Shown: piece by piece, positions 10,770 through 21,651 of the stretch
How positions within the stretch are numbered: position 1 is the first letter of the stretch
Layout of the letters: each line of letters begins with the position of its first letter
Assembly (NCBI GenBank): GCA_964291265.2
Contig: OZ219747.1
Span: 4,000,001 to 4,064,000 of the forward strand
Length of the DNA stretch: 64,000 bases
Origin: Alphaproteobacteria bacterium
GTDB lineage: Bacteria > Pseudomonadota > Alphaproteobacteria > SP197
Direction of reading: 5' to 3'
Made by a program: the position numbers and the translations under genes
Notes under the pieces: generated by a model
Database searches by the model: none
The model's input: only the letters and a program-made list of their open reading frames with translations
What the model was told of the DNA's origin: nothing

Positions 10770-12421
10770 CTGACACCCTGAGAATCGCTCTCGCCCAGCT
10801 CAATCCGGCTGTGGGTGATGTCGATGGCAACGTGGAGAAGATTCTGGCGGCGCGGCGCGAGGCGGCGGAGGACGGAGTCGATCTCATGATCGCATCGGAA
10901 CTCGTGATCGACGGCTACCCGCCAGAGGACCTTGTGCTGCGCCCGGCCTTTCAGGACGATGTCCGCGGAGGGGTGGCCGCAGTCGCCAGTGAGACCGCGG
11001 ATGGCGGACCGGCGGTGGTGCTGGGCGCCAGCCACGTCGAGGACGGCAGGCTCTACAACGCTGCCCATTTCATTGACAATGGAATGGTGCGCCACACGCG
11101 CCTCAAGCACGATCTTCCCAACTACGGCGTCTTCGACGAGAAGCGCGTGTTCTGTCCGGGGCCCCTGCCTGGCCCGGTGCCGTTCCGCGATACCCTGCTC
11201 GGTATCATGGTCTGCGAAGACATGTGGAGCGGCGAGGTCACGGAATGCCTCGAGGAGAACGGCGCCGAGATCATCGTGGTGCTCAACGGTTCTCCGTTCG
11301 ACGTGGAGAATGTGGTTCGGCGCATGAATCAGGCCGTGGCCCGTGTCACCGAATGTCGTCTGCCCCTTATCTATGTCAACCAGGTCGGTGGTCAGGACGA
11401 GCTCGTGTTTGATGGCGCCTCCTTCGTCCTGGACGCTTCCTGGGCGCTGTGCGCCCAGCTGCCCTCGTGGTCGCGGTCGGTGGTCCCCACAACCTGGCGC
11501 CGCCTGGCAACCGGCTGGAGCTGCGAGGCGGGGTTGATCGCGCCGGAGCCGGAACGCCTCGAGTCCATGTACAAGGCCCTCGTGACCGGGCTCGCCGACT
11601 ATGTGGCCAAGAACGGTTTCGCTGGGATTCTCATCGGACTCTCAGGGGGAATCGATTCCGCGCTGTCGGCGGCCATTGCCACGGACGCCCTCGGGCCCGA
11701 CAGGGTGTGGTGCGTCATGATGCCGTCGCGCTATACGAGCGAGGAGAGTCTCAAGGATGCGACCGCCTGCGCCGGGCTGCTGGGCACGCGTCTTGATACC
11801 ATTCCCATCCATGGCGCCATCAAGGCTCTCGACGACATGCTCGCAAGCCACTTTGCCGGCCGCGAACCCAACGAAGCGGAAGAGAACATCCAGGCGCGCA
11901 GCAGGGGCATGATCCTGATGGCGCTCTCCAACAAGTTCGGCCACATGGTGCTTTCGACCGGGAACAAGTCCGAAATGTCGGTTGGTTACGCGACCCTCTA
12001 TGGCGATATGTGCGGCGGGTTTTCCGTGCTGAAGGACATCTACAAGACGGATGTCTACCGCCTCGCACACTGGCGCTCAGCTCACTCCGGCGACGGTTTC
12101 CGGGGACCGGCAGGACCTGTCATTCCTGCCTCCATCATCACCAGGGCGCCGACCGCGGAACTCCGGGCGAACCAGAAGGACGAGAACAGCCTGCCGGCCT
12201 ACGAGGTTCTCGACGACGTTCTCCAATGTCTCGTGGAACAGGAGATGACCTTCGACGAGATTGCCGCGCGGAGCCATGACCGCGCCCTGATCGAAGAGAT
12301 CTGGACCATGCTGATGCGGGCGGAATACAAGCGCCGCCAGGCGCCGCCCGGAGTCCGGATCACACCACGGGCCTTTGGCCGCGACCGCCGCTATCCCGTG
12401 ACCAACCGTTTCCGCAGGTGA
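10766..12421 (+). CDS. nadE: Glutamine-dependent NAD+ synthetase
   Basis: MTDTLRIALAQLN nitrilase domain (GYPPEDL, LPNYGVFDEKR, VCED), IGLSGGIDSA, STGNKSE, AEYKRRQAPPG. Confidence 0.96.
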   Translation: MTDTLRIALAQLNPAVGDVDGNVEKILAARREAAEDGVDLMIASELVIDGYPPEDLVLRPAFQDDVRGGVAAVASETADGGPAVVLGASHVEDGRLYNAAHFIDNGMVRHTRLKHDLPNYGVFDEKRVFCPGPLPGPVPFRDTLLGIMVCEDMWSGEVTECLEENGAEIIVVLNGSPFDVENVVRRMNQAVARVTECRLPLIYVNQVGGQDELVFDGASFVLDASWALCAQLPSWSRSVVPTTWRRLATGWSCEAGLIAPEPERLESMYKALVTGLADYVAKNGFAGILIGLSGGIDSALSAAIATDALGPDRVWCVMMPSRYTSEESLKDATACAGLLGTRLDTIPIHGAIKALDDMLASHFAGREPNEAEENIQARSRGMILMALSNKFGHMVLSTGNKSEMSVGYATLYGDMCGGFSVLKDIYKTDVYRLAHWRSAHSGDGFRGPAGPVIPASIITRAPTAELRANQKDENSLPAYEVLDDVLQCLVEQEMTFDEIAARSHDRALIEEIWTMLMRAEYKRRQAPPGVRITPRAFGRDRRYPVTNRFRR

Positions 12422-12535
12422 TGCGGACGGTCATGTCCGCCTGATGAAGGCAGGTTTGCCATCCATCGTGGTGGAAGCTATTGAAATGCCGATCCGACGA
12501 GGAGCACTGAGCCTTCCGTCCCGGGGAACAGCTGC

Positions 12536-13879
12536 ATGACGCTTTCTTTCCACAATACGCTGTCCAGGCGCAAGGAGACTCTGGTTCCCGTCGAAGCGGG
12601 AGAGGCCGGGCTCTACGTGTGCGGGCCAACCGTCTATGACCTCATTCATCTCGGCAATGCCAGGCCGCTGGTGGTCTTCGACGTTCTCTTCCGTCTACTG
12701 CGCCACCACTTCGGTGACGCTCATGTCACATATGTGCGCAACATCACGGACATCGACGACAAGATCAACGCGGCGGCCATGGAGCGGGGCATCCGGATCA
12801 GGGACTTCACGGCCGACACCATTGTTGCCTTTCATCGCGACGTCCGCGCCCTTGGATGTCTTGAACCGTCGGTCGAACCCCGCGCCACGGACCACGTGGA
12901 GGAGATGATCACACTCATCGGCCAACTCCTCGCAAAGGGCCATGCCTACGAGGCCGAAGGCCATGTTCTCTTTGATGTGCCGTCGTGGCCCGACTATGGC
13001 CAGCTCTCCGGCAACACGATCACGGAGATCATGGCCGGGGCCCGTTTCGATGTCGCCCCCTACAAGAGACATGATGCCGATTTCGTGCTCTGGAAGCCGT
13101 CTTCCGGCGACCTTCCCGGATGGGAAAGTCCCTGGGGTTACGGGCGGCCGGGTTGGCACCTCGAGTGCTCGGCCATGAGCGCCCGCCATCTCGGGCTGAA
13201 CTTCGACATTCACGGCGGCGGCAGCGACCTTGTCTTTCCGCACCACGAGAACGAGATCGCCCAGACCTGCGCAGCTCATCCCGACGCCGGTTTTGCCAGG
13301 ATCTGGATGCACAACGGCTTCGTCACCGTCGACGGTGAGAAGATGTCCAAGTCGCTGGGCAACTTCCACACTGTGCGCGACCTTCTGAAGGACTGGCCCG
13401 GCGAAGTTCTGCGCCTGGCGCTTCTCGGCACCCACTACCGCAAGCCCCTCGATTTCGGTTTCGATCTTCTCAAGCAGGCCCGGTCCCAGGTCACACGCTT
13501 CTACCGCACCCTCCATGAGGTGGGGGACCCACCGGCCGTGTCTCCGCCCGATGAGGTGGTCGAGGCGCTCGGCGATGATCTCAACACGCCGCGTGCGCTT
13601 GCCGCGATGCATGGTCTCGAGAGTCGGGTGCGCCGGGGCGAACGGGGAGCCGGCGGCATGCTGCGCGGAGCAGGAGACCTTCTGGGCATCCTCCAGGAAC
13701 CGGCCGACTCCTGGCTCCGGGGGGCGTCGGAAGATGCCGTCGTCGAGGCCATTGCCAGACGCGACGAGGCCCGTGCGAGCAGGGACTTCGCCGTGGCGGA
13801 CCGCATAAGGGACGAACTCAGGGGCGCGGGAATCGAGCTCATGGATGGACCAGGGGGAACGACCTGGAGGCGGGTCTGA
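12536..13879 (+). CDS. cysS: Cysteine--tRNA ligase
   Basis: YVCGPTVYD..HLGN, GRPGWHLECSAM, FPHHENE, KMSKS. Confidence 0.97.
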   Translation: MTLSFHNTLSRRKETLVPVEAGEAGLYVCGPTVYDLIHLGNARPLVVFDVLFRLLRHHFGDAHVTYVRNITDIDDKINAAAMERGIRIRDFTADTIVAFHRDVRALGCLEPSVEPRATDHVEEMITLIGQLLAKGHAYEAEGHVLFDVPSWPDYGQLSGNTITEIMAGARFDVAPYKRHDADFVLWKPSSGDLPGWESPWGYGRPGWHLECSAMSARHLGLNFDIHGGGSDLVFPHHENEIAQTCAAHPDAGFARIWMHNGFVTVDGEKMSKSLGNFHTVRDLLKDWPGEVLRLALLGTHYRKPLDFGFDLLKQARSQVTRFYRTLHEVGDPPAVSPPDEVVEALGDDLNTPRALAAMHGLESRVRRGERGAGGMLRGAGDLLGILQEPADSWLRGASEDAVVEAIARRDEARASRDFAVADRIRDELRGAGIELMDGPGGTTWRRV

Positions 13880-15468
13880 TGGGGGACCGTGTTCACCTGT
13901 TCGACACCACCCTGCGTGACGGCGCTCAGACTCATGGCGTGTCGTTTTCCCTTGCCGACAAGATGCAGATCTCCGAGGCCCTCGACCGCCTCGGCGTCGA
14001 CTACATCGAGGGCGGATTTCCAGGCGCCAACCCCGTGGATGATGCCTTCTTCGCCTCGCCGCCGTCATTCTCCCGGGCGCGCTTCACCGCCTTTGGCATG
14101 ACGCGCCGCGCCGGGCGCAGCGCCGCCAACGATCCGGGTCTTGCCGGCGTCATGGCCCCCGGCACGCCCGCGGTCTGCCTGGTCGGCAAGGCCTGGGATT
14201 TCCACGTCGACCTGGCCCTTGGAATCACCAGGGACGAGAACATCGCCATGATCGGCGATTCCATGGCGCACATCTCGGCCAACGGTGCCGAGGCCCTGTT
14301 CGATGCGGAGCACTTCTTCGATGGCTACAAGGCCGACAGCGGCTTTGCGCTGGCCTGCATCGAGGCGGCCCTCGAGGCGGGGGCGCGATGGGTGGTGCTG
14401 TGTGACACCAACGGCGGAACACTTCCCCGAGAAGTGGGGGAGATCGTCAGCGCCGTTGCGGCGCGCCTCGATGGCGGACATCTCGGCATCCACGCCCACG
14501 ATGACACCGGAAACGCCGTTGCCAACTCCCTGGTGGCGGTGGATGCGGGAGTCCGCCAGGTGCAGGGGACGCTCAACGGCCTGGGAGAGCGCTGCGGCAA
14601 TGCCAACCTGGTATCGGTCATTCCGTCACTCCTGCTCAAGACCGATTTCGAGACCGGGATCGGCGATGACGACCTCAGGCACCTGACACGGGTATCCCGC
14701 ATGCTCGACGAGATGCTCAACAATCCCTCCGATCACCATGCGCCCTATGTCGGCAATGCTGCCTTCGCTCACAAGGGCGGCCTGCATGTCTCGGCGGTGA
14801 TGAAGGATCCGAGGACCTATGAACACGTTCCGCCGTCACGTGTCGGCAACCGCCGTCACATCGTGGTCTCCGGGCAGTCGGGTCGGTCCAACGTCCTCGC
14901 CCGCCTCGCCGAGGCGGGAATCGAGATCGACGCCAACCATCCGCGCCTTGACAGCCTTGTCGACGAGGTCAAGGCGCGGGAATTCGAGGGTTACTCCTAC
15001 GACGGCGCCGGGGCCAGTTTCGAACTGCTGGCCAGGCGGCTTCTGGGAACGGTCCCCACCTACTTCGAGGTGGAGAGTTTCAGGGTTCTCGTGGAGCGGC
15101 GTCACAACGCCCTTGGCAGACTCGTGACGGGTTCGGAAGCGACGGTCAAGCTCATCGTCGGCGGCGAACGCCTGCTCTCGGTGGCCGAGGGCAACGGTCC
15201 CGTCGATGCCCTCAACCATGCCCTTGCCAAGGATCTCGGCAAGTATGCCGGCTACCTCGGTGGATGGCGCCTGGTGGACTACAAGGTGAGGATCCTGTCG
15301 CCCAAGGCCGGCACCGGGGCGGTCACGCGTGTCGTCATCGAGAGCACCGACGACAGCGACGCTCCGTGGAGCACCGTCGGGGTCTCCGCCAACATCATCG
15401 ACGCCTCGTTCCAGGCCCTGGTCGATTCCATCACCTACAAGCTGCTGCGCGAGAACGCGCCTGCGTGA
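13879..15468 (+). CDS. cimA: Citramalate synthase
   Basis: FDTTLRDGAQT, DAEHFFDGYK, GERCGNAN, AFAHKGGLH, plus a C-terminal LeuA-type regulatory domain. Confidence 0.92.
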   Translation: MGDRVHLFDTTLRDGAQTHGVSFSLADKMQISEALDRLGVDYIEGGFPGANPVDDAFFASPPSFSRARFTAFGMTRRAGRSAANDPGLAGVMAPGTPAVCLVGKAWDFHVDLALGITRDENIAMIGDSMAHISANGAEALFDAEHFFDGYKADSGFALACIEAALEAGARWVVLCDTNGGTLPREVGEIVSAVAARLDGGHLGIHAHDDTGNAVANSLVAVDAGVRQVQGTLNGLGERCGNANLVSVIPSLLLKTDFETGIGDDDLRHLTRVSRMLDEMLNNPSDHHAPYVGNAAFAHKGGLHVSAVMKDPRTYEHVPPSRVGNRRHIVVSGQSGRSNVLARLAEAGIEIDANHPRLDSLVDEVKAREFEGYSYDGAGASFELLARRLLGTVPTYFEVESFRVLVERRHNALGRLVTGSEATVKLIVGGERLLSVAEGNGPVDALNHALAKDLGKYAGYLGGWRLVDYKVRILSPKAGTGAVTRVVIESTDDSDAPWSTVGVSANIIDASFQALVDSITYKLLRENAPA

Positions 15469-16187
15469 TGGCTCCGCCTGCCATCATTCTGGTGCGTCCC
15501 CAGCTCGGCTGGAACATCGGCGCCGCAGCCCGTGCCATGGCGAATTTCGGACTGGACGATCTGCGTATCGTCGCGCCTCGTGACGGTTGGCCCAGTGCGG
15601 ACGCCCGGGTGATGGCAACGGGAGCCGAGGACATTCTCGAGCGCGCCAGCATTCATGCCAGCGCGCGAGAAGCCATCGGTGATCTCCATCACCTGTGGGC
15701 CACCACGGCGCGGCATCGCGACATGGCCAAACCCGTTCTCACTCCCGGTGAGGTGGCGCGGGCCTGTCGTTCCAGCGATATCAGAACCGGCATTCTCTTC
15801 GGGCCCGAGAGCACCGGCCTTGCCAACGACGAGGTGGTGCTCGCCGATGCCCTCGTGCGCATCCCCACCTCGGGCCGGCAGCGATCGCTCAATCTCGCCC
15901 AGGCCGTCCTCGTGCTGGCCTGGGAGTGTTCCGGTTCCGGCGAGGCGGAGACGAAACAGCGCACCGCCGACGTACCGGCGACCATGGCGGAGTTTGACGG
16001 CTTCTTCGATCATCTCGTCGGCGCCCTCGATTCCTCGGGATTCCTGCGCAATCGGGAACAGAGGCACGTGACCGTGCGCAACCTGCGCACCATGTTCCAG
16101 CGGGCCGGCCTCTCCGGCAGGGAGGTGCGGACCCTGCGGGGCGTGGTCAGCGCCCTCGCTGGACCTCCCGGCGGGGATTCGATTTGA
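15468..16187 (+). CDS. trmJ: SPOUT RNA methyltransferase, TrmJ/LasT family
   Basis: IILVRPQLGWNIGAAARAMANFGL, ILFGPESTGL, SLNLAQAV. Start overlaps the cimA stop (TGATG). Confidence 0.88.
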   Translation: MAPPAIILVRPQLGWNIGAAARAMANFGLDDLRIVAPRDGWPSADARVMATGAEDILERASIHASAREAIGDLHHLWATTARHRDMAKPVLTPGEVARACRSSDIRTGILFGPESTGLANDEVVLADALVRIPTSGRQRSLNLAQAVLVLAWECSGSGEAETKQRTADVPATMAEFDGFFDHLVGALDSSGFLRNREQRHVTVRNLRTMFQRAGLSGREVRTLRGVVSALAGPPGGDSI

Positions 16188-16265
16188 CAAGGCCGGCTCG
16201 CTTGATTACAAGGCGCCGGCACCCCCTCTAGGGACACAAGCTGACAAGAGAACTGTGAAGGCCGG

Positions 16266-16886
16266 ATGACAAAGCGCCTGTCGTCAAAGTACAAGATCTG
16301 CCGCCGTAACGGCGAGAATCTCTGGGGTCGTCCCAAGAGGTTCCTGACGAACCGGCTCTATGCGCCCGGTGAGCACGGCCAGTCGAGACGCCGCAGGCCG
16401 ACCGACTACGGTATCCAGCTTGCCGCCAAGCAGAAACTCAAGGGCTATTACGGCAACATCACGGAACGCCAGTTCCGCCGTGTCTACGAGGAAGCCTATC
16501 GCCAGCGCGGCGACACCATCGAGAACATGATCGGCCTTCTCGAGCGCCGGCTCGATATCGTGATCTACCGCATGAAGTTCGTGCCGACGGTGTTTTCGGC
16601 CAGGCAGTTCGTCAATCACGGCCACATCCGCGTCAATGGACGCAAGGTCAACATTCCAAGCTACCGGGTGAAGCCCGAGGACGTGATCGAGATCAAGGAG
16701 GCGTCGCGCGAACTGTCCCTCGTGCTCGAGGCCGTGGTATCCGGCGACCGCGACGTACCGGAGTACCTGGAAGTGGACATCGACCGCATGCGGGGGGTCT
16801 TCCACCGGACCCCGTCCTTCGCCGAGGTGCCCTATCCGGTCAGGATGGAACCCAACCTCGTGGTGGAGTTCTACTCCAAGGCCTGA
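16266..16886 (+). CDS. rpsD: 30S ribosomal protein S4
   Basis: [40 protein letters not shown]. Confidence 0.98.
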   Translation: MTKRLSSKYKICRRNGENLWGRPKRFLTNRLYAPGEHGQSRRRRPTDYGIQLAAKQKLKGYYGNITERQFRRVYEEAYRQRGDTIENMIGLLERRLDIVIYRMKFVPTVFSARQFVNHGHIRVNGRKVNIPSYRVKPEDVIEIKEASRELSLVLEAVVSGDRDVPEYLEVDIDRMRGVFHRTPSFAEVPYPVRMEPNLVVEFYSKA

Positions 16887-17207
16887 TCTTCGGGTTCAGC
16901 GGGCCCGTTCCGAACCGCCTTCTTGGCGTCGGGCATGGTTCGACATCAGGACCCGCCGATCCGTCTGCTCCTTCAATCGGGGGATCAGACAGCGGTTCAC
17001 CCGCCGGGCGGAACAAGGAGCGAGGTGAGGCGCCAGGTGGCCTTCACGCTGCGCTCTCGCGCCTTGAGGATATCGGTCTTGCGCTCGATGCGCCCGTGTC
17101 CCGATTGAATACTCCTGGTCAGCGTCCGATACTCAAACCTCAGAGCACTGTTCCTTCAAGGCTGCTTCACCAGTCTCCGATCCGAAGAGCAACCAAGGGT
17201 CACGGCA

Positions 17208-17481
17208 ATGCAAACGTCCAACGCAGAAATCAAGGCCTCCCTAGCACAGCTTTCGGAACTTCCCACGCCCGTGGCTGACTGGCTGGTCGAGACAGGCACT
17301 GATTCCGACGACGAACTCGCCGTTAAGGGTCTGGGCCGTCCTGGAGAACGACGGAGTCGATCTGGATACCAGAATCCAGCTTCGCGACAGGATCCTGGAT
17401 TTCATCCGCGAGGAAGCCGACACCCCAGTCTGGGTCTATGTCAACTTCAGGACGATCTCCGATGCGGACGAACACGAATGA
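17208..17481 (+). pseudogene. Frameshifted small nucleotidyltransferase-like (MNT) antitoxin
   Basis: MQTS...WLVETGTDSDDELAV, then a frameshift to VWAVLEND...IRE...WVYVNFRTISDADEHE*. The stop overlaps the ATG of the downstream HEPN-like gene. Confidence 0.55.
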
Positions 17482-17962
17482 GCCTCCACGCCGGTCTCCT
17501 CAAGCAAACGCGGCACCCAGACGTCTGAGCGCAAGCCAGTCTCCGCCGTGCCGTCTCCTCCTACGACGCACTGTTTCACCCCCTCGTCGATCAAGCCAGG
17601 CGCATGATGATCTCTCGTCGCCATCGTGACGTTCAAGCGAGAGCATGTCTCCCGCGCCTTCCATCATCCGGACATGAATGAAGTCCATCGCCAACAGAAG
17701 GGCTCCCAGGAAACTCACTGGAGCATTCGACGGCCTGCTCCTCCAACCTCAACTGGTGGACATCGCTCGAGCCTTCGTCGACCTCCAGGAAGCGCGACAT
17801 CAAGCCGACGACAACGCTTGCCGCCACATCAGGCGCCAGGAAGCGATTCATCTCGTCGAGCTCGCCAGCAAGGTCATCGACGACTGGAACGTCATTCGCA
17901 AAACCCCACAAGCTGACACATTCCTTGCCGGACTACTCGTGATACGCCGCATTCAAGGGTGA
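17478..17962 (+). pseudogene. Degraded HEPN-domain protein
   Basis: MSLHAGLLKQTRH...QASLRRAVSS..ALFH and FVDLQEARHQAD resemble HEPN RRAVSxAYYALFH and RHxADY motifs. Stops and frameshifts present. Confidence 0.65.
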
Positions 17963-18461
17963 TCTCACCACTCTTGCTCGTGAAACCGGCGTGCGTCCTG
18001 TTGTCAATGCAACCGGGTTTCCGATGCTCGGTGTCGAACTCCCTGTGATTCGGCTCCTTCCCGGGGACATGCTCGATCCACCCGATTGCGTGCAACCTGC
18101 ATCTTACCGGGGACAAAGTGAGCGCTACACCTCGCGCTGATTCTGCCGAAGTTCCCAGGCATCGGTGACGCCTCACCGGTGATCCATCCGTTGACGGAGG
18201 TTCTCTGCAATCGCCGACCCCGCCTTCAATGTCGCAGTGAACCCTCAATCGGAGGAAACGCATGAACAGCCGCAACGGGCTCTCCCCGAGGCTCGTCAGC
18301 CCGTGGTCTTTCCATCGCAGGGCGGGGTCGACCGCACGGGACGCACCGGCCGTACCACCGTGGAGCAAAGCATCCGCTTAGTGATCATGGCCCACCCCTC
18401 CCGGGCCTCCCTGGCCGGACAGTGCCGGCGCCACGAAGGCGCCGGCACCGCCTGTCAGATA

Positions 18462-19871
18462 TCAGGACGACAGATCCTTCGGTGGAATGGGTTTGCCCAG
18501 AGGCTTGCCAATCTCCTCGAAGTAGTCCCGGGTGACCTTGAACACCATCGGTGCAAGCAACATCAACCCGATCAGGTTCGGCACCGCCATCAAACCATTC
18601 AGCGTGTCCGAAAGGTTCCAGACGAAGTCGACCTTGACATTGGCGAACGCAAGGGCCGCCAGCACCCAGAGTCCGCGGTAGAAGATCAGGCTCTTCTCCT
18701 TGAACAGGTACTGCCAGCATCGTTCGCCGTAGTAGGACCAGCCAAGAATGGTGGTAAAGGCAAACACCGCGAGGGCAATGGTAACAATGTACTGCCCACC
18801 TGTCAGGGACACCTCGAAACCGGTCGACGTCAGCACGGCGCCGGTCAGGCCCGCACCGTCTTCACCCGTCATCACCCATGCGCCGGAAGTCAGGATCACG
18901 AGCGCGGTGATCGTACACACTACGAGGGTGTCGATGAACGTTCCGAGCATGGCGATCACGCCTTGGCGAACCGGGCTGTTTGTCTGCGCCGCCGCATGTG
19001 CGATGGCGGCAGAACCAAGGCCGGATTCGTTGGAGAAGACACCGCGGGCAACGCCGAATCGGATGGCTGCGGCCACGGCGGCCCCGGCAAATCCGCCCGT
19101 CGCGGCGGCTGGTGTGAAGGCGTGGGTGAAGATCATCCCGATGGCATCGGGGATGGCCGTGATGTTGATCGCGAGGATCACCAGCGCAGCACCCATGTAG
19201 AGCACGATCATGGTCGGTACCAGCTTGCCCGCAACCTCGCCGATCCGCCGGATTCCGCCGATGACGACGATACCGACCAGCACGGCGACGACAACGCCAG
19301 TCAGCCATGTCGGTACGCCAAAGCTGTTGACCAGGGCGCTCGCCATGGAGTTGACCTGGACGGCATTGCCGATGCCGAAGGCAGCCACCGCACCGAAGAC
19401 AGCAAAGGCGATGCCGAGCCACTTGCCGAGTTCGGGCGCGAACTCCCCGACCCCGTTGCGAAGGTAGTACATCGGCCCGCCGACATACTTTCCGTTGGCA
19501 TCGACCTCCCGATAGGTGACGGCGCAGACGGCCTCGGCATACTTCGTCGCCATGCCGAAGAGAGCGATCAGCCACATGTAGAAGATGGCCCCCGGGCCGC
19601 CGAGGGCGATGGCGGTGGCGACGCCGGCGATGTTCCCTGTTCCCACCGTGGCCGAAAGTGCCGTCATCAGGGCGTTGAAGGGCTTTACTTCGCCCTCGCC
19701 TGCCGCGCTTCCCTTGTCAAAGAGAAGGCGGAATCCGTATCCCACCTTGCGCCAGGGCATGAACATCAGTCCCACGGTCAGCAGCACGCCCGTGACCCCG
19801 AGCGCGCCCAGCATGGGCGGCCCCCAGGCGAAGGCGTTGATCGAATTGATGATCGAATTCAGACTGTCCAT
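18462..19871 (-). CDS. Sodium:alanine (alanine/glycine:cation) symporter
   Basis: ALSATVGTGNIAGVATAI, GGPGAIFYMW, GGPMYYL, RGVFSNESGLGSA, GWSYYGE. GAGGAGG RBS. Confidence 0.95.
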   Translation of the reverse strand: MDSLNSIINSINAFAWGPPMLGALGVTGVLLTVGLMFMPWRKVGYGFRLLFDKGSAAGEGEVKPFNALMTALSATVGTGNIAGVATAIALGGPGAIFYMWLIALFGMATKYAEAVCAVTYREVDANGKYVGGPMYYLRNGVGEFAPELGKWLGIAFAVFGAVAAFGIGNAVQVNSMASALVNSFGVPTWLTGVVVAVLVGIVVIGGIRRIGEVAGKLVPTMIVLYMGAALVILAINITAIPDAIGMIFTHAFTPAAATGGFAGAAVAAAIRFGVARGVFSNESGLGSAAIAHAAAQTNSPVRQGVIAMLGTFIDTLVVCTITALVILTSGAWVMTGEDGAGLTGAVLTSTGFEVSLTGGQYIVTIALAVFAFTTILGWSYYGERCWQYLFKEKSLIFYRGLWVLAALAFANVKVDFVWNLSDTLNGLMAVPNLIGLMLLAPMVFKVTRDYFEEIGKPLGKPIPPKDLSS

Positions 19872-20324
19872 CGTGTCCTCCTCTTGCCCCACGTGTGATC
19901 AGGATCCTTGGTCAGGTGCTGAAGGGGGCTGGTTCAAACCTGCAAGATATCCGACAGGGAACCTTGCATCCAGACCGTGCCAGCCGGACCCGTCATGTTC
20001 CGATGACGGCGTTCTGGCAACCTATTGTCAGGGTATCGGTCCAGCAGTGGTCGCCCATGACGCGGATCATGTGGTCTGCAGACCGAAAGCAGCGACGCAG
20101 CAACCGGGCGCGCGTCGACATCCCGAGAACCTGGACGCTCCGCCTTCCGGCGCCTCCGATCCCGTCCATGCTCCACTCCGGGGCAGTACGCCGGTGCCTT
20201 GCGGAAACTGGAGCTCGAACGCAACCCGGGGCATCGCCGACACGAATCAGGGACACCTTCGCCTCCATTTGCGGCCGATCCCCTCCCGGAACTCCAGACC
20301 GATCGAGAATGCCCGCCTTCGCCA

Positions 20325-20430
20325 ATCGTGCAGCGGCAGTTCCTTGACCGGCTTTACGGTGTCGACCGCTAAGAGGTCGAGTGTGCTGAATCTTGAGACA
20401 CGGCCCCTGAAAGGCATCGCGGCGTCATGA
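20325..20430 (+). pseudogene. C-terminal remnant of a DUF433 antitoxin
   Basis: QFLDRLYGVDR*EVE../VLNLETRPLKGIAAS* resembles the DUF433 tail (FL.WFPGV.REQV..VL). ATGA overlap with the PIN remnant. Confidence 0.5.
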
Positions 20431-20745
20431 GGATGCTGTTTCACCAGGGTACGCCGGTTCCGCTGCGCAAGCACCTGCAGGACCATCGTGTGGAGTCTGC
20501 TTTCGAGCGTGGATGATCAAATCTTCGCGACAGCGCGTTTCTCGGTCGCGCCGAGGCAGAGAGCTTCGCACTGCTGATGACGACGGACCAGCGCCTGCGT
20601 CATCAGCAAGACCTCGCGAGGCGGCAACTGTCGGGGCTGGTCCCGCCGTCCACGTCTTGACCGCGCATCGAGGCACACATCGAGCGGACTACGGTCGCGA
20701 TCGAACGGTTGGCGCCAGGCGAGAGCGTCGAGCTTCCGATTTGGA
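20427..20745 (+). pseudogene. DUF5615/PIN-like toxin pseudogene
   Basis: One frame reads MRMLFHQGTPVPLRKHLQDHRVESAFERG*SNL...LLMTTDQRLRHQQDL...TS*PRI, with in-frame TGA at 20514 and 20658. Confidence 0.7.
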
Positions 20746-20893
20746 CGTCGAGCAGCGCCACCTCGACGAGTGCCTCACCGAGAACGGGAACGTGTGAAGG
20801 CCCCGGCGCAGGCACGAGACGGCTGCCGTGTATCAACGATCCACGATCCACTCTGCGGTCGCACCAGGGGCGGGAAAGACAAGGTGGACCGAT

Positions 20894-21601
20894 TCACTCC
20901 CCGATCTTCTCCGATTGACTCCACGCAGCCTTGATGTCGTTGACGGTGGCACCGGGACGGCGTGCGGCCTCGAGTATGACCGCCTCGCGGCGTACCATCA
21001 GATCGAGGCTCTCGAGGACACCTCTCACCGTCGTCAACGGAACGACGACCGCACCGTGACGGTCCGCGTGGATGAGGTCTCCATCCTTGACGACCATGCC
21101 GTTGATGTTCACCTCGCAAGCCCATTGGGCGACATGGACGAAGGCATGTGACGGCGCGATCAGACCGGCCAGAACCTGGAAATCAGGCGCCAGTTGATCG
21201 ATATCCCGCACACTGCCATCGGTCACGAGTCCCCGGCAGCCGAGTGCCTTGTGAACCGTGCTGTTGACTTCGCCGAAGAGCGCGCCGTACCCCGGACGTT
21301 CATCGACATCCTGGACCACGCTGATCTTGGGAACATCGCCATCGGCAACGTAGTCGAGATAACGGTTGCGAAGGGACCGTGCCTCGTCTGGCGTCCATCC
21401 GGTCGGATCCTTGGCCCGCATCGTCGCCGTCCGGGCAAAGCCGACGATGGGCTTCATGTGGGGAAAGAGGCAATGCAGGTGCTGGACGGTGAATCCGAAT
21501 CCGCGCCTTTCCGGCACCACCATTTCCAGCAGGTTGCAGATGGTCGGCGTGTCGATATCGGCGAGCGCGGCGATCTCGTCAGCCGTCGGTTCATCGGTCA
21601 T
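20894..21601 (-). CDS. RraA-family / HMG-aldolase-like protein
   Basis: DTPTICN, VGFARTA, FGEVN, GLVTDGSVRDI, GDLIHADRHGAVVVP. Confidence 0.88.
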   Translation of the reverse strand: MTDEPTADEIAALADIDTPTICNLLEMVVPERRGFGFTVQHLHCLFPHMKPIVGFARTATMRAKDPTGWTPDEARSLRNRYLDYVADGDVPKISVVQDVDERPGYGALFGEVNSTVHKALGCRGLVTDGSVRDIDQLAPDFQVLAGLIAPSHAFVHVAQWACEVNINGMVVKDGDLIHADRHGAVVVPLTTVRGVLESLDLMVRREAVILEAARRPGATVNDIKAAWSQSEKIGE

Positions 21602-21651
21602 GGCATCATCCCCGGTTCCTGTTCAAAGATCTCGTGTGTGCCGCACGCACC

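Noticed and set aside
19872-20420. Glycine riboswitch upstream of the alanine/glycine symporter
   Set aside because: Only isolated gaagg/ctttcagg words in the wrong order and spacing; one falls inside the TA remnant.
20427-20745. Alternative genetic code (TGA=Trp)
   Set aside because: Many core genes here end in TGA with ATGA/TGATG overlaps, so the standard bacterial code fits.
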